This document shows positions 27,779 through 41,567 of a stretch of 64,000 bases of DNA, piece after piece. The notes below the pieces were generated by a model. That model saw nothing but the letters and a program-made list of their open reading frames with translations, did not search any database and was not told where the DNA came from. The stretch comes from Octopus vulgaris (taxonomy: Eukaryota), in assembly GCA_951406725.2 (NCBI GenBank), contig OX597819.1, positions 104,036,001-104,100,000 on the forward strand. Reading direction: 5' to 3'. Numbering within the stretch: the stretch's first letter is position 1; each line of letters starts with the position of its first letter. A program made the translations under genes and the position numbers.

Positions 27779-28095
27779 TTTCACTTTATAAATGTTCTGA
27801 AATCCTTCACAGCTTTGGATTTTTTATCACATTCTGTTAATTATATATATATATATATGTATTAATTTGCCATCAAATGATCTTGTTTGCATAGTTTCAG
27901 ATATTTGTGTGTATAGTAACATCGGCACTGTTTCGTCACAATGGTGATGTTACTTGAGTTTCATAGGGTGTTCACACTCGTAGAGTGAAATATTTTCTGG
28001 TTCCTAGAAATGGAAACCATGAAGTGCAATCAGAAATTGTAAGAGTTGTGATTTATAGCGAATTTGAGGCGCTGAGTTCATGACTAGAGAAGGTA

Positions 28096-28316
28096 TATTT
28101 CTTTATTGCCCACAAGGGGCTAAACATAGAGGGGACAGACAAAGGGATTAAGTCAATTACATAGACCCCACTGCGTAACTGGTACTTAATTTATCGACCC
28201 CGAAAGGATGAAAGGCAAAGTCGACCTCGGCGGAATTTGAACTCACAACGTAACGGCAGACGAAATGTGGCTACGCATTTCGCCCGGCGTGCTAACGGTT
28301 CTGTCAACTCGCCGCC
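28096..28316 (-). mobile_element. SINE family B, full length, with 10-bp TSD
   Basis: TSD AGAGAAGGTA at 28086-28095 and 28317-28326. Confidence 0.95.
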
Positions 28317-28559
28317 AGAGAAGGTAAGCAATAGGAACTATTTATATGATACATGTGTTGTGATGGCGTCTCGGATGCATTTGAAGGAGACTTGGTTGCT
28401 GTATTTTCAATGAACGATGTGTATGTTGTATTAGCTCATCGAAACACTGTCTTCATTGTCATCAACCTAGACATGATGATGGTGACGACGACGACGACCA
28501 CAACGACCACCACCACCATCACCACCATCACCACCACCATCGTCGTCGTCGTCGTCATC

Positions 28560-28890
28560 ATCGTTGTCATTATCATCACCATCATCGTCACCACTAATAT
28601 CATTATCATTTCCCCCGTTCCTCCTTCTTCTCCTTTTACTCCTCGCCACCTCCACCACTACCATCATCAGTACCATTACCACCACCACCATCACCACCAG
28701 CATCGTCGTTGTCGTCGTCATCGTCGTTGTCATTATCATCATCATCATCGTCACCACTAATATCATTATCATTCCCCTGTTTCTCCTCCTTCTCTTTTCC
28801 TCCTCTTTCTCCTTTTCCTCTTCCTTCTTCTTTTCCTCCCTGCCACCTCCACCACAACCATCATCAGTACCATCACCATCATCACCATAA
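28560..28890. repeat. Tandem duplication of about 165 bp of low-complexity sequence
   Basis: ATCATCGTCACCACTAATATCATTATCATT...GCCACCTCCACCAC.ACCATCATCAGTACCAT occurs twice. Confidence 0.85.
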
Positions 28891-28899
28891 TCATCATCG

Positions 28900-29935
28900 T
28901 CATTGCACTGTCCAGTATCTCACTCAAACTCATCAGCCGAATAATCCTCAACAAGATTCAACCGGTGCTTGATGGCCATCTGAGACAAATCAAAATTGAT
29001 TTAGACCAGGGAGATCCAAATCTTAGATCTTAACTCTGAGACATATCACAGAAAGAGTTAAATCAAGACAGCTACTCGCTATTATAACCTTTGTGGACTT
29101 CAGCAAAGCGTTTGACAGCATCCATCGTTACAAAATGTTGAAGATCCTTCGAGCATACGGCATTCCAGAAGAACTAGTTCTTGCCATTGCAAAAACCTAT
29201 GAGAAGACCAGAGCTCGTGTGTTGTCATCTGATGGAGAAACGGATTTTTTTTCAAATACCAGCTAGGGTGCTATCAGGAGATAAGTTTGCACGACCTTTG
29301 TTTACAACTGTACTGGATTGTGCAATACAGCAGGCTATAGATGGAGTGGCTGTCTGGTAAGAATCTAGCTTCCAAACCACATGATTCCGGGTCCAGTCCT
29401 ACTGCATAGAACCTTGGGCAAGTGTCTTCTATTATAGCTTCGGGTCGACCAAAGCCTTGTGAGTGGATTTGGTAGACGGAAACTGAAAGAAGCCCGTCGA
29501 ATATATATATATATATATATATGTATTTGTGTGTCTGTGTTTGTCCTCTCACCATCGCGTGACAACCGATGTTAGTGTATTTATCTCCCCGTAACTTAGC
29601 GGTTCGGCAAAAGGTTTCGATAGAATAAGTACTAAGCTTACAGAGAATAAGTCCTGAATCGATTTGTTCGACTAAAGGTGGTGCGCCAGTATGGCTGCAG
29701 TCAAATGACTGAAACAAGTAAAAGAATTAAAGAATAACAGTGACAAAGACCTCGGTTTCACCATAGATCGGCAAAGATCGTAGAAGGCACCAGCAACAAC
29801 CATCACAGGCCTGGAATTCGCAGTGATGATGGACCGAGACGTGTGACAAGTGGACTTTGTTCCTGCGGACCAGGTTGGAACTCGGCCATAACAACAACGA
29901 CAACAACAACAACAACAACAACAGCAGCAGCAGCA
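28900..29935 (+). mobile_element. RTE-type LINE reverse transcriptase remnant interrupted by a SINE, with (CAA)n tail
   Basis: FVDFSKAFDSIHRYKMLKILRAYGIPEELV...DGETDFF. The sequence resumes after the SINE as DKDLGFTI...ITGLEFA. Confidence 0.9.
29344..29735 (+). mobile_element. SINE family A nested in RTE
   Basis: GGAGTGGCTGTCTGGTAAG...GACTGAAACAAGTAAAAGA. Confidence 0.93.
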
Positions 29936-29989
29936 GAAGCAGCAGTAGCAGGGGCAACAACAACAACAACAACCGGTGACTAGCAGCGC

Positions 29990-30400
29990 CAATTGTTGTG
30001 AGTACCATAGTAGATGCTCAGGCAATCAGAAATCGCCACTGACCCCTGTCCTTCGTCATGCGCAGAAAAGGCTGCAGTATTTAAACCCGTCCAGTCCTTG
30101 ATGCCAGACCAGGATTTTTATTGTCTTTTTCGCTTTCTTCTAGCTGTGTCTCTGAAGAATGGTTTTGGTTAGGGAGTAGTGGCGGAATACATGTCTATAC
30201 CAGGCGGCATTTCACTGAAGCAAAGAATGATTCTTACCTAGCCTTTCAGCACATAAGGGACCTTTAGCAAAGATCACTCTATTGCAGGCATTTAGGCCAT
30301 GTTCTCTCTTAAGGATATCTTCGTTTCGGCCCCTTCTCTTCTTCCCACCCACCAGTCTCAGAGGCCCTGTAGAGCATCAAGGACATTGACTTCTCTCTTG
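29990..30400 (-). mobile_element. Decayed RTE-type LINE 3' end
   Basis: The minus strand reads AWYRHVFRHYSLTKTILQ...KSW...IKDWTGL, a typical RTE C-terminus. Confidence 0.65.
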
Positions 30401-31077
30401 ACTAAAGAATAAAATGGGTTACCTACTGTCTGACAAAGCTATTTTTCTTGAGCTCTTTCTACGTAATGTATGGTTGTCTTCAGAAACATTTGTGGTCGAA
30501 TGCTTTATTACGTACAATTTTTCAAAAAGACAGATATCATATCTTTGTGACAGGCTTTTAGAAATATGACGCACCTCTCGAAATTTTAATCTTGTTTTTC
30601 CATCTGTGATGTCTTTCCTTGATCAGAGAGAAAAAAGAAGAAGATAAAAACGAACAGTAGGGGAAACAATATACGCAATTCACAAAAGATGTTATAAAGT
30701 ATTAGATAGAAAATGGAAGAACAAGTTCAAACAAATGTCGTGGGAAACGAAGATGAATGAAAATGAATTGTCTATCAAGATGACAGGAGTTAATAATACC
30801 AACAAGTTCTTTGAAATCTTCAAGGCGAATATAAAATATGATGCAAATTAGTTCTCTTTTCTATTTTCACTGTTTGTCTGTCGGTTTGTCTGCTTGTCAG
30901 CCCGCCTACCTGTCAGCCTGTCTGCCTTTCTTTTCGTGCGCGCGCGCGTGTGTATGTGCGTGTATGTGTGTGTGTGCGTATATATATATGTGTGTGTATG
31001 TGTGTGTGTATGTAAATCTTCTGCAGACACTCGTGTGGAAACTGCGTTTAAATAATGATGTTGGTCATGTTAAAGAT

Positions 31078-31078
31078 G

Positions 31079-31145
<67 letters not shown>

Positions 31146-31193
31146 TAATAATAATAATGATGATGATAATAATAATAAAAATAATAATAATAG

Positions 31194-31286
<93 letters not shown>

Positions 31287-31352
31287 TAATAATAATAACA
31301 ACAACAACAGCAACAACAATACCATAATGATACAACAATAATAACAATAACA
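31078..31352. repeat. (AAT)n microsatellite
   Basis: Read directly from the sequence. Confidence 0.97.
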
Positions 31353-31577
31353 AGATCAACGAGAAGAAGAAGAATAATAGAAATAATGGCCTGGCAGATT
31401 TCCTGTTAAGTCTATTCGACGGACATTATTAATGAAAGGTATTTTGAAGTATCGAATCTGAATTTCGATTGATTTGCTCTGTCAAATTGTTATTGTTGTT
31501 ATTACTACTATTATTACTATTGCTGTTGTTGTTGGTATCATTATTGTTGTTTTAACTGATATGATTCCCTGTGTGTT

Positions 31578-31608
<31 letters not shown>

Positions 31609-32201
31609 GGCGATGGTCAATGTTGACTATGATATATCATCTAAACAATGATGGCTGCCAATAATGAAAGAGAAAAACAGAAATACACCACTAGCCAGCC
31701 TATCATTCTTGAAGTCCGCCATCACCCACCCGCTTATTCCAGCACTCATGCAAACAACTAATACATCGCTTGTTTGGTTCGGCAGTGATTTCCACCTTTG
31801 CTAGTAAGCACTTCCTGTTTTAGCATCTTCCATCAACCAATCTCAAAATCTATCACAATTCAAACAGCTAATGAATTACTTTGGTTGCGCTCGATGGCAT
31901 GCAATTGGATTATATCTTCTCTTCTTCGGACAAAGCGTTTTAATCAGAAAACAAGATAAACTTTTATTGGTGAAAGCCATAATTTAGATTTGTATCTCTT
32001 TCCTTTGCATCCTTCAACCCGGCGTCTTTCGTGTTTCATACTTCTTACTTCGTGCTTTCGCCTTGTTTGCGTTTGTTTAACAATCACTTTTCTCAAGTTT
32101 GACTTTTTATAATATGCTTCTGGGTTACGTGGTCATTATTGAGCAGAAGATTTACGTGATTGATGTGCACACACACAGACTGATGCACATACAGAGAAGC
32201 G

Positions 32202-32252
<51 letters not shown>

Positions 32253-32317
32253 CATACACACATACATACATACATATATATCTGTGTGCGTGTTTGTATA
32301 TACCTACAGATACATAC

Positions 32318-32357
<40 letters not shown>

Positions 32358-32727
32358 TCACACACACACATATATGTATATATGTATATATACACAAATA
32401 CACACACACACACATATATATACGCCCATACATACATACATGCATACATACATACATATAGATATATACTAGTTCATACGTATAACACATAATCACAGTC
32501 GCACTAAACAAGCGCACACACCTATATTAACACACGTATAATCATTTTATACATACGTATGTATATAACTCTCATCTATAAATTATACATACAGTGACAG
32601 GCATAGACTGTAACGTATATCTATATCTATATATATTTAAATAAACATATATATACACACACACGTATACATATATGCATACATACATACGTATACATGT
32701 ATATATATATGTGTATATATATATACA

Positions 32728-32766
<39 letters not shown>

Positions 32767-33451
32767 GTATACATACACCCCACACATACACATATATAGT
32801 AGATTGCCTAAATAACAAAGCATCAGAGTAAGACAAAGCCGTCCACTCCCCAACACTGGCCCCACGACAATTGCACGGTTCAATAATTTCTTGGTTGAAT
32901 TTGATCACAAATCCTGTTAGATTACTGTTAGTAAGATTAAACAAACTTGATATATTGCTGATTTGTACTTCTGAGCTTAAATTATCAATTAACAAGACCA
33001 AAAACCACCGCCGCCGCCGGTACCGACACCACCACCATCACAACCACCACCACCACAACCACCACCACCACAACCACCACCACCACCACAACCACCACCA
33101 CCACCACCACCTGAAGCAAGTGAAGTATTTTGCCGGGCTATTTCCACGTAGGAATTCTTCCCCCTCCACATCCCACTTACAATAAGCATCTTCATTCTAA
33201 TAACTAGCCTCGATATCCAAGTCTGAAAACAACAAAACATGCAAAATCATATTAACACATGTGCGTTTACACATATATAGATATGTAAGAATACATACTA
33301 ATTTTTCAATTTACAGAAATACACAAATATGACGAGTCACATTCTGATATACGCAGACACGCATATAGAAAATACAAAGATTATTAAAACGTCTTTACGT
33401 ATAGGCATAAGCATTGAATAGATACATATATGCATGTGTATATGATATGTA

Positions 33452-33482
<31 letters not shown>

Positions 33483-33649
33483 GAGAGAGAGAGAGAGTGA
33501 GAGAGAGAGAGAGAGAGGGAGAGGGAGAGAGAGAGAGAGAGAGGGAGAGAGAGAGAGAGAGAGAGAGGTGTATGTATATATGTATATATATAAAACAAAA
33601 GACGAAAACGGGTTGTGTACAAAACAAACGCTCAGGAATAGAAAAAGTA

Positions 33650-33683
33650 TTTTACGTTTCGAGCCTACGCTCTTCTACAGAAA
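33650..33683 (-). ncRNA. Minimal hammerhead-like motif in a putative PLE fragment (about 33590-33740)
   Basis: Minus strand TTT-CTGTAGA-A-GAGC(GTAG)GCTC-GAAA-CG-TA-AAA. Confidence 0.6.
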
Positions 33684-33755
33684 GGGATACAGAGAAGACA
33701 AGGAGAGAAAAAAATGTGTGTAGTGGCTAACGATAGACACGTGTATATATATAAT

Positions 33756-33912
33756 GGAGTGGCTGTGTGGTAAGTAGCTTGCTTACCAACCACATGGTTC
33801 CGGGTTCAGTCCCCCTGCGTGGGACCTTGGGCAAGTGTCTTCTACTTTAGCCTCGGGCCAACCAAAGCCTTGTGAGTGGATTTGATAAACGGAAACTGAA
33901 AGAAGCCCGTCG
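33756..33912 (+). mobile_element. SINE family A, 5' half
   Basis: Head through AAGAAGCCCGTCG, then (TA)n. Confidence 0.93.
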
Positions 33913-33938
33913 TATATATATATATACATATATATATA

Positions 33939-34309
33939 CTCTTTTACTTGTTTCAGTCATTTGACTGCGGCCATGCTGGAGCACCGCCTTTAGTCGAGCA
34001 AATCGACCCCGAGAAGTATTCTTTGTAAGCCCAGTACTTATTCTATCGGTCTGTTTTGCCGAACCGCTAGGTGATGGGGACGGAAACACACCAGCATCGG
34101 TTGTCAAGCAATGCTAGAGGGACAAAAACAGACACACAAACATATACATACACATACATACATATATATACATATATACGACAGACTTCTTTCATTTTCC
34201 GTCTACCAAATCCACTCACAATGCGTTGGTCGGCCCGAGGCTATAGCAGAAGACACTTGCCAAGATGCCACGCAGTGGGACTGAACCCAGAACCATGTGG
34301 TTGGTAGGC
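33939..34309 (-). mobile_element. SINE family A, near full length, inverted against the preceding copy
   Basis: Reverse complement of the family A sequence from the tail CTCTTTTACTTG to the head. Confidence 0.93.
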
Positions 34310-34469
34310 ATCCAAAATGACGGAAGAGCTAAAAAATAAAGAAAAGAGGAAAAAAATGTATGGTGATAGAGGTAAAAATGAAGAGAAAAAACAAAAACAA
34401 AAGTGAGCCTCCAAGCAAAACGATAAAACGAAACAGTCAATATGCAAAGACACAAATGATTAGGAAGCG

Positions 34470-35348
34470 CATACAAGTATGTAAATTCTTCCTGCGCGGC
34501 AACTGCTGGCATGGAGATGATCGTGCAAACTGCCGCTTCCTGTGCTCAAGACTATACCACAGGCAGAATAAAAGCAAAGGTTTCCCTCCAAAAAAACCAA
34601 AGGCAAAGGAAGACTCCAAAGGGAAAAAAAGTCGCGCATTACCAGCATCAAAACTAAAATATGGCGATGTAGTGTGCACTTCCTCTAACAGCCAGCCTTA
34701 TCGAGGAACGTCATAAGGGCTTTAACTGAGCAACAACCTTTTTTATATATGACTCAGAAGATTGTGCAATAACTGACCTGGCTGCATCAATTCCAGAGTC
34801 GGAGCCATCCCTACCAACATGCAAAACCACCAGAAGCAATGGACCCAAGATGCCCACCACTGGCATCACCACAGATCTCGCATTAATAGAATTCCTAAAC
34901 TAAAGAGGAGTGTTACAACTCAGTAACAGAACCAAAATTACCTTCCTGAGAGAATTTGTGGCATGCAGTCAAGCTTTATGTATAGCGCTCACCGAAATGC
35001 ACATAAAACCTGATATCTCAGATGCAGAAATATACATACCAAAGTATGTTGTATTGCAAACCGACAGAAAAGACAGGGACCATGTTGGAGTTGCAATGTA
35101 CATACGTGGAGATCTCACGCCCCAGATCCTTTTGTCACACTCAAACTCAATGTGTGACACACTAATTGCACATATAATACAAATAAATATAGTCATATGT
35201 ACTGCATATCGCCTGCCAGATACTCTAAATCACACGGGCCTATTCGAAGACTGCATTGCAAGGAATAGAAGAAGTCTTAACCAAATTAGAAGAGCACATA
35301 AGTGTACTTCTCATGAGACACTTCAAACTGCCTGATGTAGGATGGCTT
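34470..35348 (+). mobile_element. LINE 5' remnant (CR1/L2-like): CCCH-type finger in ORF1 plus APE endonuclease
   Basis: CKFFLRGNCWHG...CRF; IALTEMHI...EIYIPKY...DR...GVAMYI...AYRLPD. Confidence 0.8.
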
Positions 35349-35354
35349 GAAGTG

Positions 35355-35810
<456 letters not shown>

Positions 35811-36499
35811 TATATATATATATTAATTAATAGTAGGAGATGGATTTCGTATTTGACTTGTATTAGGTACTTTTATTAGCAAATACTATGGAGTAAACTT
35901 TTTAGACGTTTCAGGTACATTGATAAAGAAGTCTCACTAGAAATTTTTAGTGTCGGCTGACTTGTTATATGTCCATGAAGTTCAGGAATGAATAAAAGTA
36001 AATAATATAATAGAAACGCAAAAACTTCAAATATGTACGTGGATATCATGCGTTCCAGTTTAGATAAAATGACCTAATCAGCTTCCGCTATCATAACTGC
36101 ATAGAGGAAAAAGAAAGTAGAAGGTGAAACGAATATTAATACTTAGAAAAATAGTTTCATGTTTGTGCATATACTCATACACACATACATATATATATAA
36201 TATGTACATACACACACATATATGGACATACATAGAGACACAAACTTTATATGACGGTACACATGTGCACATACACATTTATACACATACACACATGCAT
36301 AAGGATGCATATAGATACGTACATAGACCCAGATACACACAGACCAAGACAGACACACATACACTTGCATTATGCACACACACACACACACATATATCTT
36401 CTCAAACGCATGCATAATATAGATACATATACAGATACATACATCTATATACATACACACATCTGGATTGTAAAGTTACATGTCTAAATACATGATATT

Positions 36500-36880
36500 C
36501 GGATACTGTTCGTTTTTAGTATATGAGCTTTTAACTCAGGGGTATTAATCCGAGTTGTGGGTGTTAGGTTTGCATTAGTTGATATGGTCTAGATTGTAGT
36601 ATGTGCATAGGACAGTTTTACAGTGTGACGGTTGAATATTTTGCAGCAAGCTCCGTGTTTAGGGAAGCAGCGATCGAGTGCAGCGAAGAACTGTTTCGCG
36701 ATCTTGGATGAGATGTTCGAGCCCCAGATTGAGTTATACCAAAGGACATAATGGTTTTTGTATTTTATGTTAGGTCTATTTGTTCGGTTGTTTGGAGTGG
36801 CATTGGGAAAGTATGTTGTACCTAATAAAAGTCTAATACGAAATCCATCTCCTACTATTAATTAATACTATTACCCTAAC
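36500..36880 (-). mobile_element. Penelope-like element RT-thumb/linker fragment
   Basis: The minus strand encodes VLWYNSIWGSNISSKIAKQFFAALDRCFPKHG..CKIFNRHTVKLSY, resembling the PLE motif WFNPP...FP...KIFNRNT.K.SY. Confidence 0.75.
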
Positions 36881-38737
36881 TGCCATTGAGGAGTTCCTGA
36901 AGTAAATGCAATGGAAGTGTACCACAGCTGCAGATGACAACAAGTTGCCTAAACTGTGCCGGTGCTCTACTCAATATTTAAAAACACCAATCAAATTATA
37001 TGTATTTGTCCAAATTATATATATATATATATATATATGTACAAATGTATGCATATAGAAAGAGAGGGGGGAGAATGAGCGGGAGAAAAAGGGAAAGAGA
37101 AAGAGAAAAAGAGAGAGAGGGGAGAGAAGGAAAGAGAGAAAGAGAGAAAGAGAAAGAGAGAGAGAGAGAAAGATGAAGGAGAAGAGGGACAATACAGAAA
37201 AATGCCAGTAAGGGATCCAACCATAATTAGATCGTCATAATTGTGGAGGAAAGCCTTTTATCACTGAAAGCACGCAGTTTGAAAGACATTCTACATTTGA
37301 AAGTTCATTGGTGGTGACGCAAACATACATACATACATACATACATACATACATACATACATACATACATACATACACGTGTGTATTATACACGTATGCA
37401 TGTATTGAGGTTTGACACTCCCGGCTGTTACATGCATCTACACACATTTTCCTTTTTTCACCGTCACTAACTCTACTACCACCGATACTTTCATCAACAT
37501 TGCCACCACCACCACCGCCGCCACCGCCGCCTCCAAAGACAACATTATTCTTAACACCTCACCCACAGTGCCAAAGCTCTCCAAAAGACATCTTTTATGG
37601 AACAGGAACCACCAGTAGTTCCAGTGACCTAAAACACATTCTTTCCACATTTCTTCAGATTTCAGACATTATCACCGCCACCAAACCTACGTCCTCCTTC
37701 TTTTACCTCCTCCTCCTCTCATCCCCCCCCCCCATAACAACCTACTTTTCTCTCTCTCCTACTTCCAGAAAAAAAAATCCCAGTTTTGTTACTTGTTTGT
37801 CTTGTTTTTTGTTGTTTTGTTGGTGGTGTTGTTCTTGCAGTTGTTGTTTAGCGTTGATTGTAATTGCGGATGTTGTTGTTATTGATGTTATCGTTGTTGC
37901 TAATGTTGTTAATATGTATGTTGTTGCTCACGTTTTGTTGCTAATGTAGTTTCTAATGTGGTTGCTACTGTTTACCATTGTTACTATTTTTGCAGTTGTC
38001 AATATTTCTATCCATTGCCGCTGGAGTTGCAGTTGTTTTTTTCTTTTCGAACCTTGGATCATCACAGATTGAGCATAGACTTAAAATCAAAGGCGTTCCA
38101 AACATGACCGTCATCTAAGTTTTTCTGTGATTGCATAATTACCTCTAAATTATGCGATCTCTCTCTCTTTTCAAAGCAGAAGGCTGTTCTGGCTTTTCTT
38201 GCTGTTTGGTCCCAAGTCAACTTTGATCCAATAGAAATATGATCGAAGTCATTCCATCCAACATCAATTCGTCTTTTTAGCAGCATGTAGGATTCCATAA
38301 TCTAATGTGTTATTGCATTATTTATGATAGAAGAACGTGGTTAGAGGGATATTTGACTGTTATTCACAGCATATCAAACAATTACGTAATCTTTCCATCG
38401 TTGGATGGTTTTGGTAGTTATTTCTAACAGTTCAAACGACCCCTTAGAGGCTATGTGTGATAGATCTAATACATACACTAATTGAGAGACGGTCGAAGAA
38501 TATATATATAGATACCATCGACCGTTTGAGCAGTCACTACTGACGTTGCTTAGGGAATAGACGAGACTAGGCCTAGTCTGGTCATTCTAGAGACGGTCAT
38601 GGAGCAGTTAACTTCCCTGTCAGTGCATATATATTGCACTCTTCTTATAGAATTAAGAGATTTATAACTATTATTTCAAGCAATGTTGGTGCTACATACA
38701 TACATGCACACACACGCGCGCACACAGACACACATAC

Positions 38738-38775
<38 letters not shown>

Positions 38776-38803
38776 TTCTATACTGTTGAGTCTGGGGAGA
38801 GTC

Positions 38804-38837
<34 letters not shown>

Positions 38838-38906
38838 ATATGTATAATAGAAATATTAAAATTACTAAGTCTCTCTAAAAGAGAACAACGGCAGCGTTTC
38901 CGGAAA

Positions 38907-39298
38907 ATAATAGTTATCGCCATACTAATATGGCATTCTTATAAAAATAAGAATAAAGCTGTCCGCTTATTAGCTCCATGAGGCCATCGCCTTAAGTTAG
39001 CTATTTGATACACAAACTGTATCCATATAACCTTCGAACAAGGGAGGTCAGTCGCTCCACACTACTTGACCGGCAGCTACTCTTCTTATAGAATTAAGAG
39101 ATTTATAACTATTATTTCAAGCATTGTAGCTGCCGGTCAAGTAGTGTGGAGCGACTGACCTCCCTTGTTCGAAGGTTATATGGATACAGTTTGTGTATCA
39201 AATAGCTAACTTAAGGCGATGGCCTCATGGAGCTAATAAGCGGACAGCTTTATTCTTATTTTTATAAGAATGCCATATTAGTATGGCGATAACTATTA

Positions 39299-39299
<1 letters not shown>
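38907..39299. repeat. Apparently perfect 174-bp inverted repeat with a 45-bp spacer
   Basis: Arms at 38907-39080 and 39126-39299. The spacer duplicates 38640-38682. Confidence 0.97.
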
Positions 39300-39356
<57 letters not shown>

Positions 39357-39489
39357 GATGTATGTATATATGTATCTGTCTATCTATCCATCCATCTGGT
39401 TAACTATCTACATATTATACAATACTTTAGAATAGGAACGGTAGTTACACACGCACGGAGATAAATCAAAGGTAACCTAGAGACACACG

Positions 39490-39966
39490 GAATTCGCATC
39501 ATCAGTTTGGAATCCCTATCTTGCTCAGAACATTGACCTCCTGGAATCTGTCCAAGACGTGCAACCAAACGCATACCCTCCATCAGACACCTACCATATT
39601 CTGAGCGCCTTGTTTCCTTGGGCATGGATTCACTGAAGCTCCGGCGTCTGACGACGGACTTGGTAAACACCCACAAGGTTATCAACCACCTCACCAACAA
39701 CAACACTGAACACCTTTTTGATCTCCATGTGTCTAACACACGTGGACATGCTTACAAAGTCAGAAAACAGCACAGCTCCCATGACTTTCGGAAACATTTT
39801 TTCACGCTCAGGGTTGCTGAAGCGTGGAATAAACTGCCTGCATCAGTTGTTGACTGCCATGACACTGCATCCTTTAAGGCCCTCATGCTTCCCGAAATCC
39901 GTCGAAACTACACCTGATTATATATACACTTTAGATGAGTTGTAGTGCACCTGATCACTGTACACA

Positions 39967-40004
<38 letters not shown>
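39490..40004 (+). mobile_element. CR1-type LINE 3' end with (ATT)n tail
   Basis: VWNPYL..IDLLESVQRRATK...YSERL..L...RRL..DL...TRGHAYK...FFTLRVAEAWNKLP. Confidence 0.93.
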
Positions 40005-40005
<1 letters not shown>

Positions 40006-40429
40006 AAAACAGATGTGTGTGTGAGTGTAGTTCTGCGTATATAATGCATGTGTATTACTAAGGACTCTGAGAGAGAAGACTAACAATCATTTGATTATTA
40101 ATTAAACTATTGCATAGTTTAGTTGGTAAGATAAAGAAGTGGTATCGAACCGGTGCCTGTGTTTATTTTGATTTTTATCGGCATAATAGTCTGCAACAAG
40201 ATTTATCTTAACATGCGATTTCCCATCATGAATCTGGCAAATCAGATACAAAAATGAAGCTCTGAGTTTCATATTTTCCTGAGTCTACAAAAGCACTCTT
40301 TTCTATGTATGTATGTATGTATGTATGTATGTATGTATGTATGTATGTATGTATGTATGTATGTATGTATGTATGTATGTAGGTATGTATGTATGTAGGT
40401 ATGTATGTATGTATGTATGTATGTATGTA

Positions 40430-41357
40430 TTAGCAGATTTGTATGTTTTATGTATGTATTCTCATGCATATAGTTATATATCTAGACATGCTCATATTTA
40501 AATGATAAACTTCTGCAAAGTTTTACAGATTTTTACAGTTCCAGTGATGAATTGAATCAGTACTCTTTGAATTAGCTTTCTTCTTTCTGGTTTTGAGAAG
40601 CCTAATTTCTCCAGATTTGTATTTAGGCAGTGCGTTACATATCCCGGGGCCCCAATAATTACAGGTATAAATCTGGATAGAGTAACTACAGATTTCTCAT
40701 AGTTCAGCATAGTTGTTCTCTTTTTTCACTAATCTTCAGCTTTATGTTAGTATTCGATGGGCAGCTAATTTCCACAACTGTGCAGTTTCTCTTCTCTGTC
40801 TTAGATCATTATATCAGGTCTGTTGTGGACCAATAGCCGGATTACTATTGAAGTCTTCTCTGGTACATTTCACCAGTATTCCTTTTTATTATGAGTGGCT
40901 ATGGCTTCTACCATATTGTGGGTTCTTATTTCTTTGTCCTCGAGATTATCCTTCCCACGAATTTCATTATAGAGTGTCCTAGCTACAACATCATAGCACA
41001 TCGGTAGATAATACTGGGACATTTTCGGACAACTGCTTATGATGCGGGTGATATCTTCAGTGTGAACTCCACAAAGTCTGCATCAGTTGTCACATTTTAC
41101 GGCTTTTCCTTTTGTGCATCAGGTACCTCGTTGATATTTCCTGTTCCTGGATTGCAAACGCATACCCTCAAAGTGGGAGATAGTAATCCGGCTATTGGTC
41201 CATAATAAACTGCTTTGATGATCGATGTTACTATCATCATGGAGCTTTCTAGTAGCGTATCCATGCATAGTCTTCTGCTCGTATAGGCTCCTCCTTTCAT
41301 CTGATGATACGTTGCGGTAGAGTCGTGCGACTTCTTTGGGCATGTATTCTGGGTTAT
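40430..41357 (-). mobile_element. R4-like RLE LINE 3' part flanked by (TATG)n
   Basis: KTMHGY...W...EG..AIQEQEISTRY...CRLC...EDIT.IISSC...HNRPDI...IPVIIGAPG...GTVKICK, with frameshifts. Confidence 0.88.
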
Positions 41358-41567
41358 GTATGCATGTATGCATTTATGTATGTATGTATGTATGTATGTA
41401 TGTATGTATGTATGTATGTACGTATGTGCATGTATGTGTATGTTAGTGAATTGTAACAAACTTTATCTGACTGTCAGCAAAACATTTCTTGTAGTTGCTT
41501 TGAAAAAAAATCAAATTCTCAGGAGTGGTAGAGGACGGTGGCCAAGTTGACAAATGGACTAGTTTCG

